A stretch of DNA of 64,000 bases from a virus (taxonomy: Duplodnaviria; Caudoviricetes), in IMG/VR virus record IMGVR_UViG_3300033486_000001, positions 11,317-75,316 of that record; one strand, 5' to 3'. The notes under the pieces were generated by a model that worked only from the letters and a program-made list of their open reading frames with translations, was not told the DNA's origin and ran no database searches. The translations under genes and the position numbers were made by a program. Every line of letters begins with the position of its first letter. Position 1 is the stretch's first letter. This document shows, in pieces, positions 48,004-55,888 of this stretch.

Positions 48004-51000
48004 TGAAAACTACCATATCCGACTTGCTCGCTCCAGCCATCACGGTCCCCGTCAAGGCTAAGCGGACTTACGCCATCGAGGCCGTTGACAAAACCCCGAA
48101 CGACAACGCCTATGAAGCCCTGAACAAGTCTTTGATGTCGCTGGATGGAGAAAAGGATCAGCCAGTCCAACGTCTAGCGTTCGAAATTGATCCGGTCACC
48201 GGACAGAGTGTTTATGCATCACTGTACCGACCTAAGCAAAAAGGGCTGTCTGACATCATCCTGAAGCGGCTGTCGGTCCAGGCCTCTATCGTAGCGTCTA
48301 TTACTAACGCCCGCGGCAATCACGTGTCCGCCTTCGGTCGCCCACAGCCAGATCGTTTTTCCACCGGCTTTAAGATCAAGCCAAACCCGAAACATGTAGA
48401 GAAGCTCAGTCAAGAAGAAAAAGAAGAGCTCCAGCATCGCATCGGTAAGGCCGAGAAGTTGATGTTGACGTGTGGAAAGAAGTCTGACGGCGACAGCACC
48501 AAAGATCTTTCTTTCTCTCAGTTTTTGTTCATGACTACGCGCAACGCACTAATTTTCGGGCGTGTTGCCGTGGAAGCGATTCCGGACGGGGAGGACAAGT
48601 TCCACTCGTTCCGACCGATCGATGCTGGGACGATTTATTTCTCGACAGCACAAAAAGAGGCCGCCGACAACGTACGGCGTCAAGCACAAAACTTGCTGGC
48701 GCGCCTCAAGAATGAAGCTCCTCAAAATTTCATAGATTCCAAGGGGCGCAACGTAGACGAGCTCTTCGGAAGTGATGAATATGCTTGGGTCCAGGTCATC
48801 AACGACATCCCACGGCAGTTCTTCACAGCAAAAGAGTGTCTGGTTCATAACTTTTATCCGGTCACCGACATCGAACAAGTCGGATATCCGCTGACACCTC
48901 TGGACACTGTAGTTTCGGATGTCACGACTTTCATCAACATCACCACACACAACCGGTTGTTCTTCCAGAGTGGTCGCGCAAGCCGTGGCGCAGTGGTGTT
49001 GCAATCTGACGACATCGACGATATCGATTTGCAGCATATTCGCCAGCAATTTCAAGCGAACATCAATGGCGTTGGGAACTCGTGGCGCACTCCGATGTTC
49101 AAAGTCGGTAAGGACGACAAGGTTGACTGGTTTAGTATTGACTCCAATGCCCGGGATCAAGAATTTCAGTACCTCAGCGATTCAAATGCACGCACTATTT
49201 TGAGTGGATTTCAGGTATCTCCTGAGGAAATCAGCGGGTACGGGCACCTCTCGAGGGGCACCAATAGTCAGGCGTTAAGTGAGTGTTTTGACCCGTCGAG
49301 CTACCTCTGGACAAACACGGGACTTCGCACCGCAGAAAGTATTTTGGGGGACGAACAGGAAACTCCACTTCAGATCTGGACGGGTTCGGATTGGCAGAAC
49401 GCCCGGTTGTTTCGCACTGGAGAAAAAGAACTAGTCGAAACCCATGTCAATGGGTACAGTATCAAAACATCTCCAGATCACCGATTCCGCGTTTTGTCGG
49501 AATCCGGAGAATTGATTTGGAAGAAGCAGCAGGAGCTCTGTACCGGCGATTTGTTGGTTATGAACGCAAAGCCGGTTCCTGGAGCGCCGGAACTAATCCC
49601 CTCTTTCCGTGGTCAAAAACTGACTGTCGAGATGGTGGAGCTTTTGGGGTGGATGACCGGTGACGGCTCTTTGGTCGGACCTCGGAAGCGCATTGGTGGG
49701 TATTTGAAGCTGTTTTACCATCCGGTTCGTGAGCGCGAAATCTGGGATCGACACGCCCAGCTCCTATCGGACTTCGGGTTCAACGTCAAACATCATGAAC
49801 GTCAAATCAGCGAAGAGGAAGTCGAGAAGATCAAAGCCCAGAGAGGTTTCGCTTCGGTAGCGTCTAGTCGGATAACTAATACCGTTTATGACACCGAATT
49901 CGTGGGGTGGCTGCATGGATTGGGGTGTGGGTATAGTCATGAAGGCAAGACAATCCCGCCAATATTCCATGTTCTCCCTGTTGAGTATCGTCAGGCGTTC
50001 CTTCGAGGGCTTTTCTCGGCTGACGGTCATACGCCCCAAGGCGGAGCTGTGGTGTTGACCATACAAGATGACCGAACGAGAGAGCAAGCCCGTCAAATGC
50101 TATTGGGGTTGGGTATCAGGACGCTTGGGTGTGATGGTATTTTGAGAGAGAGTCTTGGTCAAGGTAAGGTGTTTAGCCACAAGCTGTTTATCAAAGATCG
50201 CAATTTATTCTGGGAGCAGATCGGCTTCATCCAGCCACACAAGATCGCCCGTCGAACACCTCAGAAGTTCGCGCGTGGTTTTGTTCCAGTGTCATTGGCT
50301 TCTAAGTTGCTTGCTCCGGTCATCGAGTCCGCTATTTTTGCCGGATGGGACAAAAAGACTAAAGATAATATCAGGGGTTGCGCTGGAGCATACTCCGCTC
50401 CTCGACATATCACCTGGAGACAATTACGTTTGGTGTTGGAGCAAGCCCTGGGAGCAGCGCCGTCTTGGTTGACGGACTATCACCTGGAGCCAGTGACTGA
50501 TTTGATTGCACATCAGTCCAAGATGTTGATGGTTGACGTTGAGGTCTTTGATTCACGGCATGCACAGATTCTCCAGGGTTTTCAAGTACACAACTCGAAC
50601 AACGAATATGTGCTCGAAGCACACCGAGACACCGGCATTCGCCCCCTGCTTTGGCAAATGCAAACATTCATCAACGACCGCATCTTCCCGTTGATCGACG
50701 CGGAACTCGCTAAGATCTGCACATTCGAATTCGTCGGACTCGACGCCGAGACGGCCGAAAAAGAGACGACGCGCCTACAAACGGACGCCACCGTCCACAT
50801 GACGTACGACCAAATCCTCCAGAAGGTCGAAAAGAAGCCGCTCGGGGCCAAGTGGGGCGGTACTTTCCCTCTCAACCCAGCCTTCCAACAAATCTTGGAC
50901 AGGTACATGACGGTCGGTCAGATTCTCGAGGGGTTTTTCGGCGTCGCGGGCGCCGGCAAGGACCCCCGCCTTGACTACTGCCGTGATGAGTATTGGTTCC

Positions 51001-51422
51001 GACAGGTTGACGTCCTTAATCAGAAGCAGCAACTCGAACAGCAGACCCAGATGCAAGCCCAACAAGCGGCTCAAGGTGCTCAACAATCCGGAAATTCCGG
51101 ACAGTTGCCACAAGGCTCTACAGTCCCCCAAGGCGACCAACAGCCTGCACCCCAGCAAGATGCCAACCAATCCCAGAACGCGCCACAGCAAGCTCCACAG
51201 CCCCAGCAAGACCCGAACCAACCCGACCTCTCTACCGGAATTGACCAGCTCGCAGGGATTTTGAACAAGTCTGAGAGCCAACTCCCCGTCTCGAAGCGGC
51301 ACCTGTTGGCGCAGCAACGATTGTTTATCTCGCACGCCATGTCGGCGCTAGAAGAAGAGTCGAAACTAGCCATCAAAGAAATTTCGGGAATCGCCAAACA
51401 GCACATTGCGCCGACCAAGTAG
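48000..51422 (+). CDS. portal protein (intein-containing, Gln-rich C-terminus)
   Basis: FRPIDAGTI, FFQSGRASRG, DQEFQYL, GIRPLL..IND.I; position between terminase and protease. Confidence 0.85.
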   Translation: MMKTTISDLLAPAITVPVKAKRTYAIEAVDKTPNDNAYEALNKSLMSLDGEKDQPVQRLAFEIDPVTGQSVYASLYRPKQKGLSDIILKRLSVQASIVASITNARGNHVSAFGRPQPDRFSTGFKIKPNPKHVEKLSQEEKEELQHRIGKAEKLMLTCGKKSDGDSTKDLSFSQFLFMTTRNALIFGRVAVEAIPDGEDKFHSFRPIDAGTIYFSTAQKEAADNVRRQAQNLLARLKNEAPQNFIDSKGRNVDELFGSDEYAWVQVINDIPRQFFTAKECLVHNFYPVTDIEQVGYPLTPLDTVVSDVTTFINITTHNRLFFQSGRASRGAVVLQSDDIDDIDLQHIRQQFQANINGVGNSWRTPMFKVGKDDKVDWFSIDSNARDQEFQYLSDSNARTILSGFQVSPEEISGYGHLSRGTNSQALSECFDPSSYLWTNTGLRTAESILGDEQETPLQIWTGSDWQNARLFRTGEKELVETHVNGYSIKTSPDHRFRVLSESGELIWKKQQELCTGDLLVMNAKPVPGAPELIPSFRGQKLTVEMVELLGWMTGDGSLVGPRKRIGGYLKLFYHPVREREIWDRHAQLLSDFGFNVKHHERQISEEEVEKIKAQRGFASVASSRITNTVYDTEFVGWLHGLGCGYSHEGKTIPPIFHVLPVEYRQAFLRGLFSADGHTPQGGAVVLTIQDDRTREQARQMLLGLGIRTLGCDGILRESLGQGKVFSHKLFIKDRNLFWEQIGFIQPHKIARRTPQKFARGFVPVSLASKLLAPVIESAIFAGWDKKTKDNIRGCAGAYSAPRHITWRQLRLVLEQALGAAPSWLTDYHLEPVTDLIAHQSKMLMVDVEVFDSRHAQILQGFQVHNSNNEYVLEAHRDTGIRPLLWQMQTFINDRIFPLIDAELAKICTFEFVGLDAETAEKETTRLQTDATVHMTYDQILQKVEKKPLGAKWGGTFPLNPAFQQILDRYMTVGQILEGFFGVAGAGKDPRLDYCRDEYWFRQVDVLNQKQQLEQQTQMQAQQAAQGAQQSGNSGQLPQGSTVPQGDQQPAPQQDANQSQNAPQQAPQPQQDPNQPDLSTGIDQLAGILNKSESQLPVSKRHLLAQQRLFISHAMSALEEESKLAIKEISGIAKQHIAPTK
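49284..50594 (+). mobile_element. intein (437 aa) with LAGLIDADG homing endonuclease
   Basis: Starts LSE|CFDPSS; block B TSPDHRF; LLGWMTGDG and FLRGLFSADG; ends FQVHN|SNNEY (+1 Ser). Confidence 0.92.
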
Positions 51423-51440
51423 GTGCGGTAAACGGGTGGG

Positions 51441-52052
51441 ATGAAAATCATACCTCCTTCAGCAGAACTCGTTTGGATCACCCCTAATGCCGCGCAAGTC
51501 ATTGAGATGGCTGCGCGCAAATGCTATGCTTCCGAAGGTCAGTATGACCCCGCCCGTACGGCCGATTTTTTAGACCGAGTAATCAACCAAAAGCACCATG
51601 AAAGCGTCATGGAGCACGCTAGTGCTTGCTTCGACATCACCACCGACCGTGGGGTGATGGCCGAACTCACGCGTCATCGCCTTGCTAGTTTTTCGGTGCA
51701 GTCAACGAGGTACTGTTCATATAACAAAAGTAAATTCGGTAGTCAAATCGAGGTGTTGGAACCGCCAGATCTTTCGTCTGAGATGAGGGTTATTTGGACC
51801 CAAGCCATGGAAGCTTCCGAAAGAGCTTACATGCAGATGTTGGAATTTGGAGCACAACCGCAAATTGCGCGCTCGGTACTCCCCAACGGCCTTGCAACCC
51901 ACATGCGAGTCACCGCCAACTTCCGTGAATGGCGCCACATCTTCTCTCTCCGGACGGACAAGGCGGCGCATCCGCAAATCCGTGAGGCTATGGAGATGGT
52001 GCAGGATTCCATGGCGATGCACGTCCCAGAGTTGTTCGGTTTCGAGTTTTAG
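51441..52052 (+). CDS. thyX: FAD-dependent thymidylate synthase
   Basis: HESVMEH, ELTRHRLASFSVQSTRY, ARSVLPN, NFREWRH. Confidence 0.95.
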   Translation: MKIIPPSAELVWITPNAAQVIEMAARKCYASEGQYDPARTADFLDRVINQKHHESVMEHASACFDITTDRGVMAELTRHRLASFSVQSTRYCSYNKSKFGSQIEVLEPPDLSSEMRVIWTQAMEASERAYMQMLEFGAQPQIARSVLPNGLATHMRVTANFREWRHIFSLRTDKAAHPQIREAMEMVQDSMAMHVPELFGFEF

Positions 52053-52056
52053 TTCC

Positions 52057-52088
52057 TTGACATCGGAACCCAACCCGCGGTAATACTC
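52057..52088 (+). promoter_or_regulatory. promoter-like element, copy 1
   Basis: TTGACATC-N5-CCAACCCGCGGTAATACTC. Confidence 0.65.
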
Positions 52089-52120
52089 GCCGTCAAACAC
52101 GCAATATAGAGGTCGTCCAA

Positions 52121-52369
52121 ATGACTAAGACAACTAAAACCGTTGCTGAGCACTACCCCTTGGGTACTCGCCTGATGCACCCCTCCTACCCTTGGAGTGT
52201 GTGGACCGTGAGCGAGGTGCGCGTGACCATTGACGGAGCCGGACACCACGTGGACTACGCGTTGGAGGGTACGGAGGTGCGTGGCGCGGCTCGCTGGTCG
52301 GCGGCGGAGATGTTCGTGCCAGCACCCGATGAATCGGCCTTTGAATCTCCCCACTACTTCGCCGACTAA
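52121..52369 (+). CDS. hypothetical protein
   Basis: GAGG RBS; flanked by the two promoter copies. Confidence 0.55.
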   Translation: MTKTTKTVAEHYPLGTRLMHPSYPWSVWTVSEVRVTIDGAGHHVDYALEGTEVRGAARWSAAEMFVPAPDESAFESPHYFAD

Positions 52370-52377
52370 ATCGGCCA

Positions 52378-52409
52378 TTGACATCACCATCCAACCCGCG
52401 GTAATACTC
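52378..52409 (+). promoter_or_regulatory. promoter-like element, copy 2
   Basis: TTGACATC-N5-CCAACCCGCGGTAATACTC, identical apart from the N5. Confidence 0.65.
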
Positions 52410-52446
52410 ATCCCATCAACGCAGTCCAAATCACGGAGAAAACACT

Positions 52447-53562
52447 TTGGCTACCATTGAAGTCGACAAGAACGATAAGTCTCTCGGCTATGACACGCTG
52501 AATCTCACTCAGGCGGCAAAGGCTCTGAAGTACTCGCTTGTGTCCAATCAGCCCATCAATCTCATCGGGCCTCCTGGCATCGGTAAGACGGCAATCGTGG
52601 CGGCTGCTATTGAAGGGCTCGACATGTCGCTTCTTACGTTCATCTTGTCATTGTGCGATCCTACAGACATCGGCGGGATGCCGGTGGTTGGGGTCAAGTG
52701 TGTCAATCGGATCCCCTTCGAGGCTCTCAAGATGGCTTGCGATGCACCACACGCACTCTTCTTTGACGAACTTACATGTGCACCGCCGCCAGTGCAGGCC
52801 GCTTCGCTTCGCGTCATTCTTGAGCGCTACGTCGGAGACTACAAGCTCCACCCCGGAACTCGCATCATCGCTGCGTCCAACCCGCCGGATCAGGCGGCTG
52901 GCGGGTACGAACAGTCTCTCCCCCTCCTCAGCCGTCTTACCCAAATCAAGGTGCTGCCTACCGTTGAAGAGGTACAAAATTACTTCTTCCAGCTTGGGTC
53001 CGAGGGTTCGACGTTGCGGACGTTGGCTGTCGACTTCGCAGCCACGCTGGAGATGGCTCCGGACTTGCTGGCTCTTGAGCCACCATCCGGTACTGTGGCA
53101 TCCGGCAAGCCATGGGGTAACCCTCGCTCGTATGAGCGCGGACTGAAGGTGTGCGCCTCCGCCATCGACGGTGGCGAGTCTGACACCAGTCCGATTTTTG
53201 CGGCGTGTCTTAGTGGCAACGTGGGGGACGACGCTGCTGCAGGTTTCATGACCATCCGCAAGATTCGCGATCAGCTCCCCTCCAAGAAGGAGATCGAAGC
53301 CAACCCCATGTCGGCGAAGCTCCCACAGGACGTCAACTCAGCCATCGCGGTGTTGGGCGTCCTCGCGCAGGTCTGCCAGACCGACCCCTGCCCAGCCAAC
53401 ATCTATGCCGACCGTCTTCAGCACGAGGTTCGCATGGCCGCCACGCGATCTCTCGGCCGCTACAAGATGAGCGATTACACCAAGTCGCCGTATTACAAGG
53501 AAGGTATCGCCGCCAGGAATCGTCTGTTGCAGACCCTTGGCAAGGCGATGAACAACCTCTGA
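52447..53562 (+). CDS. MoxR-like AAA+ ATPase
   Basis: GPPGIGKT, LFFDEL, IIAASNP, LLSRL, NPRSYE. Confidence 0.88.
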   Translation: MATIEVDKNDKSLGYDTLNLTQAAKALKYSLVSNQPINLIGPPGIGKTAIVAAAIEGLDMSLLTFILSLCDPTDIGGMPVVGVKCVNRIPFEALKMACDAPHALFFDELTCAPPPVQAASLRVILERYVGDYKLHPGTRIIAASNPPDQAAGGYEQSLPLLSRLTQIKVLPTVEEVQNYFFQLGSEGSTLRTLAVDFAATLEMAPDLLALEPPSGTVASGKPWGNPRSYERGLKVCASAIDGGESDTSPIFAACLSGNVGDDAAAGFMTIRKIRDQLPSKKEIEANPMSAKLPQDVNSAIAVLGVLAQVCQTDPCPANIYADRLQHEVRMAATRSLGRYKMSDYTKSPYYKEGIAARNRLLQTLGKAMNNL

Positions 53563-53601
53563 GTCGTTGACACTCAATTCGAATCCAAGTAAGGGTACCA
53601 C

Positions 53602-54825
53602 ATGTCAAACGCCACCATCGAGCGCTGCAAAGCCAACGTAGCTATGCTGGGGTTCATGCACCCGGCATTCCTAATGATCCACGCCCAAATCCGTGACAAA
53701 TACCGTATCGTTACGGCGGAGCAGGGGTACGGGACGATGGCAATGACATCGACGGGCTCCATCCTAGTCAACGAGAAGTTCGCCGCGAGTCTCAAGTCGG
53801 ATGAACTGCAAGGGGTATTGGCGCACGAGATGTTGCACTTGGTGTTAGGACATTGCCGCGCGAGCAACCGAGATCCATGGATCTTTAACGTCGCACAAGA
53901 CATGGTTATAAATGCGGCACTACGCAAGGACGGCATTAAACTCACACAGAGTGCCTTGTATCCGCCATCAGAATACACCGGTGACCTCTTCTCGGAGGCC
54001 GTGTACGAGTGGCTGGTGAAGAATCCACAGCATTTGCCCCAAAAAAAGAAGTGCGATAAGTGTAATGGAACCGGCAAGAAGTCGGATGGCACTGATTGCG
54101 ATTGCGATCAACAAGGAGACGCCGGAGCTGGTTGCGGCGTCGTTAATGAGGACGACTCAAATCCCGACAAACCGGACTGGAAGAAAATCTCCACTCAGGC
54201 TCGTATGCTTGCTCGCTCGGCCGGGATGGGCTCGTCTGCCATTGCAGCTCTTTTGGCTCCTAGAGTAGCGAAAATCGACTTCAAGCGCGTGATTCGACAC
54301 GGTTTTGAGGTGACTTCTTCTCGACAGCGTCGTGATTTTCAAACCTATGCGAAGCGCAATCGCCGCTCACCACCACAAGGTATTCAATTGCCAGGCTGGA
54401 CCGGGAATACGCCGTCCGTCTCAGTGGTGGTTGACGCTTCTGGCAGTATGGATCGTGAGTGGATCAACGTCATTGCCGCCGAAACTATCTCGCTCATGAG
54501 GACTTTTACCGGCGTCAAGGTGTTCCTGGCGGTGCACACGTCGGAATTGGTGTGGGCGGGGTGGCTGAACTCGAACGACACCTGGAAACTGAGTGAGGCC
54601 TTTGGCTTCAGCGGTGGGACAGACCCACAGCCGGCGTACGACGCCGTCCAGAAGGCTACTAAAGGTAGGTGTGACAATTTGATTCACTTCACCGACACGG
54701 AATTCGGATCTGAGTGGCCTGCCGTGCCAGCGAGGCATCTTATTGTAGGGGCTTTTGGTAGGAACATCTCCACCAAGCCGCCCCCTGGATCTCAGGTCAT
54801 TCTTTGTGATATGGGTGACCGATGA
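53602..54825 (+). CDS. metallopeptidase-like (HExxH) + vWA domain protein (DUF2201-type)
   Basis: VLAHEMLH, FNVAQDMVIN, VVDASGSM, GGTD, FTD. Confidence 0.85.
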   Translation: MSNATIERCKANVAMLGFMHPAFLMIHAQIRDKYRIVTAEQGYGTMAMTSTGSILVNEKFAASLKSDELQGVLAHEMLHLVLGHCRASNRDPWIFNVAQDMVINAALRKDGIKLTQSALYPPSEYTGDLFSEAVYEWLVKNPQHLPQKKKCDKCNGTGKKSDGTDCDCDQQGDAGAGCGVVNEDDSNPDKPDWKKISTQARMLARSAGMGSSAIAALLAPRVAKIDFKRVIRHGFEVTSSRQRRDFQTYAKRNRRSPPQGIQLPGWTGNTPSVSVVVDASGSMDREWINVIAAETISLMRTFTGVKVFLAVHTSELVWAGWLNSNDTWKLSEAFGFSGGTDPQPAYDAVQKATKGRCDNLIHFTDTEFGSEWPAVPARHLIVGAFGRNISTKPPPGSQVILCDMGDR

Positions 54826-55523
54826 ACCTCAAATTGAGCAGCGATTTTCATGACTACTATGATCACTTCTTCGATCTGAATGCCGAGCACACCCTCAGCC
54901 GCCGCATGACTGACGGCCCGAACAAGATCGAATCGTTCAAGCTTCTGACCTTGATGGGCATCAAGACGCCGATTTACGGCATGGTTTCGGACCTGTATGC
55001 TGACATGGTCGCCAAGTTCGGCGGCGTAGATGCAATCAAGAAGGATTCACACGACGAAGTGGTAGAATTGGTGGTGTACACCGACATTAACTCCCACGCC
55101 GGAGAAGGCAAAGTCAAGGTTTCAGTCAAGGAGGCCGTCGAGAAGTATCCGAACCACTTCGCCGTCCAATACATCCCGAATACCACCCAGATGTTCAAGG
55201 GCCGCTCGGAGAGGTTGCTTCAGATTGGTCGCAGGCGCATTTGGATGGAATATGTTTCCAAGGATAACTGGCAGTCGAACTGTGGTGACGTCAAGATTTC
55301 TTTGATCGCAGATGTCAAAATCGCCAACAACGACTTGGCTGAAATTCAACTGCCGCTGTACGCCATCGATTTTGTGGTGGCAGGCCGAGAGCGATTGGCT
55401 GTCGACTTCAACGTTGCACCTGGGTTGAAAGGAACCCCTGTGCAAGACCTGATTAAAAGTCAAGAAGTCGTCCGGCTCATCAAAGATCGTGCAATGGACA
55501 TTTTTGGTGTTCCGAGGTTCTGA
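54822..55523 (+). CDS. RimK-like ATP-grasp protein
   Basis: HAGEGK, VQYIP, WQSN, AIDFV..LAVDFNVAPGLKG (cf. RimK GVD..VMEVNASPGLEG). Confidence 0.55.
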   Translation: MNLKLSSDFHDYYDHFFDLNAEHTLSRRMTDGPNKIESFKLLTLMGIKTPIYGMVSDLYADMVAKFGGVDAIKKDSHDEVVELVVYTDINSHAGEGKVKVSVKEAVEKYPNHFAVQYIPNTTQMFKGRSERLLQIGRRRIWMEYVSKDNWQSNCGDVKISLIADVKIANNDLAEIQLPLYAIDFVVAGRERLAVDFNVAPGLKGTPVQDLIKSQEVVRLIKDRAMDIFGVPRF

Positions 55524-55526
55524 CTC

Positions 55527-55536
55527 GTGGTATAAT
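55527..55536 (+). promoter_or_regulatory. extended -10 motif GTGGTATAAT
   Basis: Intergenic, upstream of 55561. Confidence 0.6.
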
Positions 55537-55560
55537 AGCCATATCAACCAAGGAGTTGTA

Positions 55561-55854
55561 ATGACTATTGAGAATTCGGAAGTAATCCATTCCTGGAAGT
55601 CTAGCGGTAGTGTGTTTCTCGATGAGGTCGGTTTTCTCAAGCCGGGAAAGGCTCTCTATTTGTACAGCACTCCACCCGGAGCGATGTCAGAGTATATGGA
55701 GGGTGAAGCTCCCGTTGGACAGGCTGGGATTGCTGCTGTCATTTCGGATGATCTCCTTGAGGGTCGGATTTTGTACGCCATCTTGATGTCGCCACAAGAC
55801 ATTAAGGCATACAGGGATGAATGTGTCGCGAAAGAGACTATCAAGCTAGGGTAA
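55561..55854 (+). CDS. hypothetical protein
   Basis: GTGGTATAAT promoter and AGGAG RBS before ATG at 55561. Confidence 0.6.
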   Translation: MTIENSEVIHSWKSSGSVFLDEVGFLKPGKALYLYSTPPGAMSEYMEGEAPVGQAGIAAVISDDLLEGRILYAILMSPQDIKAYRDECVAKETIKLG

Positions 55855-55888
55855 GCGTCTTCAACCCAATCTTGCATGAGAGGTCTTC

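Noticed and set aside
51000-51240. Gln-rich tract in portal and Pro/Ala/Ser tracts in SSB, 17560 and scaffold as nucleotide repeat elements
   Set aside because: These are ordinary low-complexity protein linkers with no regular DNA repeat unit, apart from a short duplication in the scaffold.
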